NCBI GenBank assembly: GCA_036172245.1
Contig: JAYWIR010000017.1
Location: forward strand, 558,001-622,000
Direction of reading: 5' to 3'
Origin: Raillietiella orientalis
Taxonomy: Eukaryota
Length of the DNA stretch: 64,000 bases
A program made the translations under genes and the position numbers. Of the stretch, positions 52,427 through 64,000 are shown piece after piece. Position 1 is the stretch's first letter. Every line of letters starts with the position of its first letter. Under the pieces are notes generated by a model. That model worked only from the letters and a program-made list of their open reading frames with translations. It had not been told where the DNA came from and searched no databases.

Positions 52427-52977
52427 CCGGTAGCGATCAAAATCCCGAAAGATCACCGAGAAGAAACACGCGCGCTCATTCTACATAGATTAATCTCCAA
52501 ATTTATTTTCCTACACATAGTTATTCATATGTATTCACACACTTGCATATTATTAGCAGCAATATTATCGGAACAGATAAATTTATTAAATATCATAAAT
52601 CCATTCTATCAACAAAATTAATAAGTTGTCGATCATATTGTTGATATGTCCATTAAAGATTATAGGAAGTAAATATATGTGCTTATTATATATATTGATA
52701 CATTTATCATATAGAGATTAATATATGGATTAATACATTTCACGAAGATAATAAAAAATCACAATATATGATTATTATATACATTAATAGATAATATAAA
52801 TATAAATACGTATCTATATCTATATATATATATATATATGCATAAATATATATGTCATAAATAAAATTAATTATTATATATGCTTATAAGTATATAAGCA
52901 TACATTTTGATCTATGGGGAACGTGTGTTTGGTTTTTGTGGTCTTTCGGGATTTTGATCGTTCGGGATTTTCGACCA
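52427..52977 (+). mobile_element. MITE-like copy M5 with terminal inverted repeats
   Basis: CGATCAAAATCCCGAAAGATCAC (52434-52456) versus GTGGTCTTTCGGGATTTTGATCG (52938-52960), 1 mismatch. The repeated CAAAATCCCGAA subterminal motif is reminiscent of Mutator-like TIRs. Confidence 0.85.
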
Positions 52978-52979
52978 CA

Positions 52980-53250
52980 GCCAGTGGAAATCCTGGCGCA
53001 CGTGCTTCTTGGATGCGGTCTGGACCAGGGACGGAAGCACATCACCGAAGCATTCTATTTCCCCGATGTCTACCCGCTGGACCTGCTTGAAGAGCTTCCC
53101 TCTTCTCCAGGTTCACCGGTTGCCTCGTCACTAGCAGCTGTCTGTCACGTGCGTGCAGCGGCGACTTGCAAAATGGAGGAAAGACGTGGCCGTAGTCCCG
53201 TACGGCCGCTGGCAATCGCCATCACAGGCATACTGACCCGATACCGGTGA
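52980..53250 (+). mobile_element. LINE zinc-knuckle/3' remnant split by M5
   Basis: RECTH*G lies left of M5 and VEILAHVLLGC lies right of it. Confidence 0.5.
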
Positions 53251-53617
53251 GAGCACCCCTTAACCCTCCCATCCCTCCCCTATCCGACGCGGGTTCTCGG
53301 GAACCATGCTGTGCATCGCAGGACAAGTTCGTCACTATTTACCTACTCATTCATTGTACCCTCTTCCGCTTCTCCGTAGTTCTATCCCCAATGAGGGTAA
53401 TCCCTGTGGGTACAGGCAGACAGTCTCTAACGGTATTTGTTTCTGATTTATTTACTGATTTTAAATAAATGGTTGGTCATCGGGTATGAGAAGGTCACTT
53501 CAGGGCATTTGTTTTCCAGGAAAAACAAGCCTACAAAGTAGAGCATCAGTCCTACTGGACTGCTGGACTTCAAGAGCGTGGGGGGGAGAAGGGAGGAGCA
53601 ATAAATAAAGTAAGTAA

Positions 53618-54265
53618 ATGAGGGAAGGAGAGGGAGAGCTCACAGATCAAACCCTTCGCACCCTCTACAGGCTGCTTGAGACGGAGGCCTCATCCCCTCC
53701 CACTCCTTGTGGCAAGGGGGGCCCACTTCGCCGACGCATTTCTCATCAGAGAGGAGGCGAGGAGAATCGCCGTCCTGGAGCTGCGCCTCCTAAGCATGTG
53801 GGGAGCCACAGAGCCATCACCATTGGACCACAAGTGAGGGTGTATCCTGAAGTAGTACGGGGTGTGGAGGGGTCGAGGATATCCCACATCCGTTGCTGGA
53901 AAGTGAGTTGCAAATCACTTAGGAACCACAGGGACATCGGAGAGACTCGACGCCGCCGCCTTGTGGTGGGCTCACAAGGTTCGTCGTCCACTGTCACGCA
54001 CCCGAGATGCGCAAGAGGGGAGCGCAGACCCCGAAGGAACCGCTCCCTGATTTCAGGGAAGGATCCTGAAGGATGCACTTCCAATTCTCGGCTCGCCCCG
54101 GCGTGCCCGGTTGACAACTCCAATTCCCGGTTAGCCAACCGCAGGCGGACGCAGGCTCGTCTTAGCAATGCACATCCGAAGCCTGGGCCGGCTCAGAGTC
54201 ATCTCGCGGGGAGACACGAAACCCTCGACGCGCCCAGCTCGGCGTTGATGAATGCAGGAGGGTGA
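53618..54265 (+). mobile_element. R2/NeSL-like LINE RT remnant
   Basis: LYRLL..P; GSHRAITIG (~FRPITI); QGSSSTVTH (~KAFDTVSH); DAPSSALMN (~DPLSPxLFN). Confidence 0.5.
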
Positions 54266-54712
54266 TTCGTACCTGCGACGCTCGGTGCCGCTAGTACACG
54301 CCATGGAAACACGGCGTGCCTTTCGGGTTGAGGGAGTACAACCAGGACTTTCTCATCCTGAGATCTTAGAAGAACTGGTAAGAAGTTCTGAGCTAGAGAG
54401 CCATATTCTGGCGCAGTCGTAATGATCGTGTACGTACCTCATATGAACGGCGATTTCTACGGTGAAGAGAGGCCAAAAATGGATACAACCTGACTCAACA
54501 GTAGGGAAGAATATTGCATAGTAACCTTACCCAAAACTTATCTGTTCATCTCCATATGTACTCACTGTCCCCACTCTAAAATGCTGCTCCTCTCTATTGG
54601 GAAGTATAGTCCCATCTTTCTTTGATTACCTAGCCCCCTCTATTTGGGATTCTTTCAAACCTTTTCGCAACCTTTTCTTGTTTGAGGAAATTAACAAACA
54701 TTCCTGTTTTTC

Positions 54713-54988
54713 TCACACATGTGTACCGAGCCTTGCATAGAGGCATAATTGCTGTCTTAGAGGTTTGAAAAGCATCAAGATGCTTGTCGAAGTCATTTTC
54801 TTGCCTCCATTAAGAACCGGCAGACGAGTTCGAAAGGTTTCGAGTGCCTCACGTAGTATGGAGGTGGAGGAGAGATTCAAATAGCTGAAGATCGTCGTGG
54901 AAGAGTAGAATGTTGCAAAATGATCCACTGTGACCCTCTCTGGACAACCAGCATTGGTGAAATCACGTGTTCTCCCTGGATGCCTCAA
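54713..54988 (-). mobile_element. Degenerate integrase core remnant
   Basis: FTNAGCPERVTVDHFATFYS..PVLNG. Confidence 0.6.
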
Positions 54989-55249
54989 TGGACTGCGAAG
55001 ATCAGAATAAGAATGAGAATGATGGATACATGAAGGAAAGAGGGGAAAGCAAGAGCGACAAGCTAATAACTAAACACGAAAAACTCTGGATTCCAAATGC
55101 TAGTGGGAATAATCGTGCTTAGAAAAAATGAGCCTTCGTTTATATTAATAGCCTTCAAATTGTCCCTATAAGAGTGCTAATTTGACAAGAAGGAGAGAAC
55201 TTCTGTTAAAGGGAATTTCTACTAGATTATCTACAATATAAAAGAAAAA

Positions 55250-56260
55250 AACTGTCTTCATGAACGATGTAGTATTTTGTATCTCCCCAAACTGTTGAAG
55301 AGCTGATCAGCAGTTTTCTGAAGATCTAAACTGCACTTCATTAATCTCAAAGCCTTTCTGCATTTCTTAGATCTTGTAACGCGAGTAAAGCATCCCTGAC
55401 CAGTGCTCATATAATTGGAAAGTATCTTAACTTACTGATAAAGCAGTAGCGTCCTTATTACCTGAGAATTCTTAGACACAATTCTTTCTTCTTGTTCGAA
55501 AGACAAAAGGTACCAGACTGCCTTACGTATTTTGTATACGTGATAATGTACCTCGAAAATCACGCAATCCTTCAGAATGGCTCTCAGGGCAACCTAAAAG
55601 CAGAGCAGTGTTTGTTTCCGAATTAGTATTTAGGGATGGGATTTCAAGGACTTTCGTGAACGAATTTTCTTAAAGAACTGAAACTTCTTGAAATGTGTGC
55701 ATTTATTATGTTTCGTCATGAAGTTCTTCTAAAGTCTCGGTCTCATAGTAGATCCGACTTCCTTGTCGTTTCATTTCCGAAACCCAACTTCCTTGGTTTT
55801 TCACCTGATGAATTTTTTAACAGCAGCGAACGTCCTCCATGTTCTCACCGAAGATTGAATACTCTTTCCCCTACTCCTACGCTTTTGTGTACTTCGACTT
55901 TGCAACATTCCTCTTCGGTGGATTGAATCTCCAACATCTCTATACCATCTGCTATAGAGGTACCAGTTTTCAGCACTGTCCTTCTCTTGAGATCAGACAT
56001 CCCAGTCACATGAACGCATCGTTCTCTTTTAAAAAAAAAAAAATCCCTCGCACCAATTTCTCTACTCTTTACTATTGCCACCGGCCTTCCGTTTATGGTT
56101 TCCTAAATAATCGAATACTTCATACTTAGATTCTCTATTACAGATTCCATCTTTGGTTTCATTGCTATAGGATTCTACAGCGTTCGTGTATTAGCCGCAC
56201 GCATTTGACTCACCCTCTCATCACTAAGAATCTTTACAATCTCTGTTACATTCAACATCT
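55250..56260 (-). mobile_element. Two degenerate integrase remnants (55740-56260; 55250-55650)
   Basis: L*NPI..KYSII*ETINGR..KTGTS..LEI..HKSVGVGERV; WYLL..MSTGQGCFT..C. Confidence 0.45.
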
Positions 56261-57099
56261 CTCTTCATCATCTCTTCTTTTATAATACTGACATTTCGAG
56301 GATGTTGTTTGGCTTTTCGTCTTTATTCTTATAATTTATGAGTGTATCCTTTTAGTTTATAGAGTACAAATAAGTTCCAATTATAAAGAAAAAAAGAGTG
56401 ATTCTTTTAGTGTGGCACAGAGCATGATCCTCAAATGTCCAAGATAAAAATCTTAAGAACATCTGAATTATGCATACCGCTGTTGATGGTATATATTTTC
56501 ACCAATCAAACCACAATAATGCCAACACTAATACCACCATTCTATTACCGTCAAGTCTATTCCTATTAAGTTGTCTGTTATCTTCCTAAGCATTTTCAAT
56601 GCTTGGCCTTACGTAAGCTAAAAAGACATTAACATTGCAATGTTAGAATAATATTTGTCTTGTAAGCAAAAATGCTTAATTTTAACATTAAGTACATTAA
56701 GTAGTTATTGGAATCCATGAGTGATTCCCTCGCTCAACGAGATAACTTCAAGGACTTTTTATCCTTGATCAGTGGTTTTACCACTATGTCTCTTCTTTAA
56801 AGAAATAGAATTTCTTCTACCGTCGCTTTAGATCCACTTCTTCATATCACTTGATCCACTGTGTTTTTCCAGAATGAAGACCTTTGCCTAAATGCTTTTG
56901 TTTTTTGCTTTTTTTGAGAGGGTGGAGTTTTCTTCTAAAGCAGTGTGCTCTCATGCGACATTTTGTGGGTTGATAGGCGAGAGCTCCTGCAAGACGTAAA
57001 CGGATCAAAGCAAAAACGTTCCTCTTTGAGAAAGAAGCGCCAAATCAGTGATTTCCTGAATTCTCGATTTCGTTCCTCGTTAGTTGCATGCAACCTTCG

Positions 57100-59700
57100 G
57101 AAGAGCATAAATGGAATGTGACCGGGATAGAAGGTGCAGATCCACTTGCCAATTAAAGTTCATTACTGGGCTCAGCAGAAAATTCGAGGTCAGCAAGACA
57201 AGCAATTTTGTTATGGATTTGGTCCTCGCATATTCTTCCATAAACAAGTCAAAGAATCTAACCATTGAAGATTGAAGGCCTCCAATAATGGGAAGAAGAG
57301 GATCAAAACCCAGATTAAGTGTCTTCAGCCTTCTTCAGTGAACTCCACGTTACTTTGTCAATCGTATTTAATAAGTAGAAGCCCACAGAATGTTTGTCCT
57401 ACTCAGTCTCATGTCAAAGAAATAAATTACTTATTTATTGGAAAAGAAGGATACATGCTTAGGAAGGACACTTCCACTGAAATACTGCTAGTCTAGGTGA
57501 CTAGGGGCTAGGAATAGAATGAACATGATGCCCTTCACTTTTAGTGAACTTCGGGAAACGATAAGCAGAGTTGGACCTCGTCAGGATAGCACGTGGAGAA
57601 AGAGCATCCATCGTAAATCATCACCAACTTATCGGAGATTGTACTCTGGGTTATTATCCAGTCTGCTGGCTGCTGACTCAGCATCTCGAGTACGTCTTGA
57701 TGTGCCTTGATGCTATCTTCATGTGTTCTATAACTCTGCATGGCAGTTTGCTTGGGTTACCTTACAGGATAATCAGCAATTAGAAATAATCCTCTTCAGC
57801 CGAGAGGGAGAAAAGATTAAAGCAGTGCTGCCCGAAGCAAACCAAACGTATCGGATGAAAAAAAGGCGCTTCACATCTTCCCTTGAAGCATTCAATTTTG
57901 CTAATTAGCTGATAGAAGTTCCGTTTCGGCATTCTCAAATCTCCTGCAGAAGGGATACGTGCTCAAGGATCGGTCTCTTAATTGCAATTTCCCTTATCTA
58001 TATAAGCCCAAAATCAACGCATTCGAAAGGGAAAAGATAACCAATCTGAGAGAACGCCATAAGTGAAGCAAATTCATGGCAAATCTGCGTAGATGAAAAA
58101 TACGAAAATTCTCATGAAAGTCAAGGGATGAGTAGTGAGTTTTTATCCCTGCCAAAAGATGGAGCGACTAGTGCAAGTCCAATGTAGAAAAAACTACTCC
58201 ACTGCGCTAACACTGACCACTTTCTCATCCGCAACGACCTCAGCCAAAAGGCTGGAAACGGACTTGAAGCTGCTGCTGCTAGAATGAAATGGAGTGCCAC
58301 GGAGCAGCCAAACTGACCCAACATCCGGGTTCTCCAGCACGAAAAACTAACGGGAAGTTTGCGGTCTAAGAGATTTTTCGGTTTGGGAAGCAAAGCTCCC
58401 GCACAAAGGCGACAGAGGGTCTCGAGAGAAACAGGGACATAGCCCTAGGAGCTCTCACAAAAAGGAAAGAACTTTCTTAGGTGTCTTCTTCACATCTGGG
58501 CAGCACTTCTTGAAATTGTGTTCTTGTTCTGTTGGCATTATTCTCGACAGTTGCAGAAAATTTGTAAAGTGCACACTTCTGCTGTCGTTGTTTCGTAGTT
58601 TCATCATCTTCACCTCTCTTGTTCTAGGGATTCTGAGGGGTTGTGAGCTGGAGATTCTCCCATCATGGCATAGGAAAACGAAACCAAACTTTGGAAAAAA
58701 TGTTTTGCATCACTTGGGCAGGAAGAGTTCAGTTACCGAAAGCAATCTTTCTCCTAATGGACATCCCTTTTTGATGAATACACCGGATAATCAGCTTGAT
58801 TGCTCCTCAAATGTTAGCTGGCAGCTGCAATCCTGAATGCGGAGCTTCTCTGAATAGCATCAGCATGGAACCACCAGTTCATTGAGCTTTTGTTCACTTC
58901 CAGGCCTCCGCGAGGCGCTTGCTGATCCGTAAACTGGTGTGGAAAACGAACAATCGTTCGGCTTATCCTTGAAGCGAAGATACGAATACTTATTTGGTCA
59001 ACACTCTCAGATCACCTCCTCATCCTTCGGATTAGTGAAAGTAATTGCTGTGTGATTGTTTTCACTGACCCCTCCCCATTTTGTGCTTCAAGTATTTAGA
59101 AACACAACGTAGCTGCACCTAAGCAGCAACGGTCAAAACCTCATCGGTTTATTTGGCACATGGTCATTCAAACCATTTGATGTGGATGGATTGAACTGAG
59201 AAGAGTTTCAGATATGAGATTAGAGATATTAGACGGTGAGCACAGCATTTTCATTTCTTTAGCTCACTCTCGTCCTCGGTTCTTCCTATGCTGATGGCGA
59301 TAATGGAAAATGATGTTGCTGGTATCCTTCAACGCTTGTAGACGTTCTGCTTTGAAAGAATAAAGAGCAATGCAAACTTTCTTTATCAATCCTGGTAAGG
59401 ACGATGGGAATTTTCTAATGAATCGAATAACTAAAGGGAAAAGTCAAATTCTTACACTCGAAAGAGTGAATCACTATTCAGTCTCGAAAGAACTTTGTGA
59501 ACACAATGAGAGCGCAAAAAGACTCCTAGGATTGATTCTCTCTTTCATATTCCTGGATTTCTGAGCAGTATTTCTCTGGATGCCGAAGTCCAGAAAACCT
59601 GCAACAAATAAGTTTCGAGCGTAACTCCTGTATTGAAACTCCTCTGCTAACATAAACGAACAAAGCATATAGGAGCTTATTCGCTTCTTGAAGCTTCTCT
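57100..59700. mobile_element. Run of ~5-6 integrase remnants in mixed orientation
   Basis: + 57140: YWAQQKIRGQQDKQF..ASNNG; - 58121-58393: GQFGCSVALH; - 58520-58800: FFPKFG..HDGR; + ~59100: LSSNGQNL; + 59370: TKGKSQILTLERVNHY. Confidence 0.4.
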
Positions 59701-59954
59701 GGATAAATCTACATTTCTTTAATTTCTGTTTTCAAGAAAGAGGCACGCGAATTTATTTCCATGAAATCTAATTCTGCCTTCCATTTTCTGGTTTGCTGTT
59801 GTATTTTTCTCCATTTCGTGGAGTTCTTCTTGAGAAGAAAATAGATGAGAAGAAGATTAAAAACAATGAACACTTCTAGCAAATATGAACAGTGATGATG
59901 AGACCAACAAGAATGAACAGCGTGTACCCCCGTCGCCATCTCCAAAGGGGTTTT

Positions 59955-60610
59955 TTAAGATAGGGGGTACCCCGGGAGGAGTCCACCCTATGAAACCAGG
60001 AACAAATCGGAGTCCGTTCCTCTGAGGCCTGGGGAGGGATCCCCAGAAATGGAGATCGCCTCCACCCTGGTTGTCTCCGATGGGCGATCCCGAAAGGAAT
60101 CCTCCTTCCTTATCCTCTCCGAAGAGACCCTCGGAGGGGTCCACTCCAGTTTTCTTTTCTGAAGAGAACCCGGAAAGGATCCCCTCCTGAAGAAAACCTC
60201 GAAAGGACGCTTCCGAAATTCAGAAGGACGCAACTTCCCCAAAGGGATCGGCTTGCTTCTCTGCACTCTCTGGAGAGGTGGTGAAGACACACCTACTCCA
60301 TCAGTAGGACGCAGAGGGTCCCCCCATAATGGGGGGTTCGCTCCTTCACAACCGAAGGGGAACTTTCCACTCCTTGCTACCTGGAAGGACTCGGAGGTCG
60401 ACTACCATTTGTCCTGGCCCTCATCGGAGGCATCTCGTTTGAGCCGCTACCAGTGCCACACCCGCATGAATGTAAGCCAACCAGAGTCATCTTGTGGGGT
60501 GAACACGGAACCCATGACGCACTGCGTCGATTCCTTTCGGAGTATTCGAACCCATGGCGCATGGTGCCACGCGCGGAGACCACCGTCACCACACGGCCTC
60601 CGACGCGGAC
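59955..60610 (-). mobile_element. tRNA-derived SINE, copy E
   Basis: Minus-strand head GTCCGCGTCGGAGGCCGTGTGG..GGGTTCGAATAC; shared body and internal repeats. Confidence 0.8.
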
Positions 60611-60649
60611 TTCAAAGGAATTCTTCGCTGGACAAAGCTCTTAGACATT

Positions 60650-61100
60650 TCTCCTGAAGAGGCAGAAATGTCACAGTTTTTGTGGACAGCTCCACCTCCC
60701 CTGAAGTGGAAGGACGCAACATTGGACGATCCCATGCAACGCACGACCCCACCACTGGACAAGGGAGGATATCTCCCTAGACTGTGCCAGGTGCAGGGAA
60801 CAGGATCGCACCTGTTTTTAAATTTATTTTCTTCCTGCGTGTCCAGGAACGCTTCTTTACAGCGCTTCTACCCCTGATGGACAGCGGCACAGAGGTCTTG
60901 AGGTGCCTCTTCGCGCATGACTCGACATCGCTTGCAGCTTCCCTTGCATCCTTGTGCTGACTTCGTGGGATCGTGGCGCTGAGAAGCCGCACCAAAAGTG
61001 ACCAGTCGAAAGTTGAGATCGTTCCAATCGTTTGCTTCTTCATGAGGAAGGTCACAAGATCGCCATATCTCTGCCAACAAAAGGAGGAAGTTATCAACAT
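60650..61100 (+). mobile_element. L1/Tx1-like ORF2 remnant
   Basis: SQFLW..PLDKGGYLPRL resembles FLW..PxxxGGLGLP. Confidence 0.45.
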
Positions 61101-61461
61101 CCTCCAGAAGATGCTAAGGATGACAGGAAGAAATCTGTGATCAGTATTCTGTAATCACTTCCCTTTCCAACATATTTTTAAACTGAATTTTTGTGTTTTT
61201 TTTTGGTTTTTTCTTGCCCCTTTCTCCACCTCTTCTATGCGGACCTCATCGAGGGAGCTGCTAACGAGAAGCAGGGCCTCCGAGGCATTCCCCTTCCTTC
61301 ATATTGATCAGTTTCACATGACCACTACGAAGGAAAATGCCTCGGAGGCGCAGTGGTGATGTAAAGCCACCACGAAGAAAGACATTTTTTATATTTTGTA
61401 TTACCGTTTTTTTTGTAAATATTTTTTTAGAATGAACGCTCCGGCGTTATCAGGTGAAAAC

Positions 61462-62560
61462 AAAGGATCGACACCGAGAAATGGGTGCGTCGTGGGTTTC
61501 GAGTCCTCCCTCAGTCTGCTTGGCTTTATAGGCTTCGGGTGCGGCACTGGTTGGCACCTGGTCACGCCTGGGTGTCTATTTATAAAAATAAACATAAATG
61601 TCTGTGTCAGCAGGACGTTCTATCCTGCCGCGTTACTTATAAATACAAGAAGGAACCTGCCGGGAACTGGCACACACGCCAGCAGGTTCGCCTCGGCAGC
61701 ACAGGGAAAGAAAAGACAAACAGAAATAGCCAAAAAAAATAGTCCAAAAATGAGGGGATAGGGGGTGGGGAAAGGATCACTCGTGCTGGAAGATGTCTTC
61801 TGCAGTCTGTAAGGATGCTGGCGAATTCTTGTTTGAAGACTCTCAGATGGGGCCATCTTGACACTATCCTCATGAAGAGAACAGCAAAATAGATGGCGTC
61901 CCTGTCGTTCTGGCCCCCTCTGGCGTTGCTGCTTGATGCAGCCACGATCCCGCGTAGGCAGCAAAGTGCTGCTAGGGATGCGGCCGGCATGAGGGCGCCG
62001 CGCAGGAAGAGGAGCTTTCAAACGTCTCTGGCGTTGCCGCCGGGTTCGCGGCAAAGCGTCCCCAAAAGGACCGGAGGGCAACACAGTCGACTAGGAGGTG
62101 CTGGCGGCATTCCCACTTCTCGCACTTCTCGCACAGTTTGGATCCATACACACTCGCGTTTAATGATGCCGGCGGGCGTGCACGAGAAGCCTCACCCAGT
62201 GCAGAAGGTTGCGGCACTGATAGTAGCCCGAAATCGGATGCCCCCGTTGACTGGCCGGGATTGGAAGTTGGCCCTCCGGGGTCCATCCAGGAACCAAAGA
62301 GCCAGTTCTCTTCGGGATTCCCTTCTGGTTGTGAAAACCAGCCGTCCCCCTCGGAGGCGATCCTGCATCTCGTACCATGGACATAGGATCCAGAGTGTGA
62401 AGTGCGCTGCTCCTTTGGGAAAGTGCCCTCCAGAGAAAACTGGATGCGTCCCTTCGCGGTTTTCTTCAGAGGAGGAAACAAAGGGCAGTTCCCTTGCGGG
62501 TTCGCTCTGAGAAGAAATTCCAGGAGCGGATCCTTTACGAGTTCTCTTTGGGGAGGAAAT
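61462..62560 (+). mobile_element. SINE fragments F (61462-61560) and G (62207-62560), separated by unrelated DNA
   Basis: AGGATCGACACCGAGAA.. and CGGATGCCCC..GGTTGTGAAAA..CTCGTACCATGG match copies A and B. Confidence 0.7.
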
Positions 62561-63399
62561 GATCCTGTTTCAACTGTGTTATATGCCACTGTTCACTGGA
62601 AGGAAATAGTGTTCACGTTAAAGCTGTACGAGTGTGAATGTGCACTGTCCCGTTCCGTGCTTGCCAACAAAGTCTCCAGCCTTCATTGCTGTCTCTGCAG
62701 CCGTCACCATAGAACACTGAGTAGATTCAGTGACTTTCAACGTAGAATTTTGATCTTCGAAAGAAAGTGTTGATCCTTTCGTTCGAAGAATGCAGTGATG
62801 AAAACGATCTCCAGAACGACCCTCAGACTCGATGCATAGAAAAGACTTCATCATCTTTTGAGAAAGAGTTGATTGCTTGAGATTGTAAAAGATCTCAATG
62901 TAAAAACATGCAGAGTTTGAGCTGTGCAAATCCCCCCAGAGAAGATAGCTTTAGCAGCCATTGGAAGAACGTGACTCGAATTCCCCTTGGAGGAAATCAT
63001 GGAAGAGCTGCAGCCAGAGGACATGGCAATCGGCAGGAAATGCTGGAAGAGAAGGGAACCATTCATCTGGACGATTCTGTGGACGCCCTGAAGTTTTTCT
63101 GGGACTGACGACGGTGGAGGAAAATGAAAATCCGGTCTATCTCGCACCTACAGCATAAGAAGACATTCTTCACTCAAGAACCTCACTCTGAGGGTTTCTA
63201 GACAGCAAGCTGAAGATCGTGCGAATAAGATTTCCAGTTTCCTTTGAAACACAAGAAGAACATTCAAAGACAATGATGTGAGCGCAGGAAGAGTCCTTCC
63301 CCGAAGGTTCCCCGAAAACGCTGCGGCATTCTTATTTTCTAAGAAGGAGAAGCAAAGAAGCCATCCTGTCTGTCTCCAGAACGGGTCCGTTTCGACATG

Positions 63400-63900
63400 C
63401 TACCTGTTCCTTTACCCTCAACAACTTTAGGAGCACTCCTGCATCGGTGCTTTGCGTCTTCTACTCCCGAACGTGCTGCTCGATCCAGTACGCCTGGATA
63501 CGAAACACGGATCGCGCGTTGAACCTCATTTGGACGTTTCCCGCTAAGAAATGCACTTGGCTGTATCTCCGCACGTTCCATCAGGTATCTGCGTGTATCA
63601 GTCATGCGCTCCGCTGGGCAGCAAGACGGAATGCAGAGCAGCATCCTCATCAGAGCAGTTGGGACGCCCGGATCCTCGAGGTGACCAGCGCGGATTCCGA
63701 GGGACGATCCGTCCTCAGCCGGGGAAATTCCAGAGCAACCCTTCTTTCTGCGGCATCCTCAAAGTTGCCGTGTCCGAGTCGGTGTGGGCGTAGCCGAATT
63801 TCCCGACCGCATCGGGTCAGAAGGGAAGTCCCGTACGGGTGGGGAGACAGACCATCGCATTAGCAGCAGTTCATCTCGAATGCTCCCTCTACAATTAGAA
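63400..63900 (+). mobile_element. CR1/Jockey-like LINE post-RT remnant
   Basis: VFYSRTCCSIQYAW..RWAARR..SWDARI resembles Y..RPxLEYA..QRRAxR..SYxxRL. Confidence 0.4.
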
Positions 63901-64000
63901 AATGGTTCGTGCTCTCAAAAGAAAGGTACAGAGACGACAATCTGACTTCTCGGGAGCACGATTTGTCGGTTAGCCTTCCAGCTTCCAAGTGGTGCACTCA

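Noticed and set aside
10037..56042. Poly(A)/(T) runs as retrocopy tails delimiting fragments
   Set aside because: Several runs (10037, 28158, 56031) lie inside remnants, consistent with slippage expansion.
55740..56260. Possible orthomyxovirus PB2 fragment (NP..MKYS)
   Set aside because: Single short resemblance; downstream GT..HKSVGVGER fits an integrase core.
1..64000. Window being a Wolbachia or other bacterial contig
   Set aside because: Very low coding density, SINE/LINE/MITE content and homopolymers; bacterial-like DNA totals only about 0.9 kb.

Overview
Gene-poor eukaryotic nuclear DNA, probably from an arthropod-type Wolbachia host (inference). No intact protein-coding gene, rRNA, true tRNA or CRISPR array is supported. 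The window is an almost gap-free patchwork of 0.2-0.8 kb decayed mobile-element fragments. By manual six-frame reading, roughly 40-50 of them are mutually dissimilar remnants of one domain, the retroviral-like (H2C2/rve) integrase, in both orientations. Gag, protease and RT pieces of LTR elements are nearly absent. Also present: two Wolbachia-like insertions (a pccA fragment and a prophage-WO-like ankyrin fragment) with repair-type junction repeats; about 7 copies of a ~0.65-0.77 kb tRNA-headed SINE; 5 AT-rich MITE-like copies; LINE, Penelope, hAT, P and piggyBac remnants; and a CpG-rich promoter-like island with a candidate first exon near 6.3 kb. The best candidate for an undescribed system is the integrase-fragment archive, possibly a piRNA-cluster-like locus. 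All remnant calls are by-eye motif matches with approximate boundaries and need HMM confirmation.
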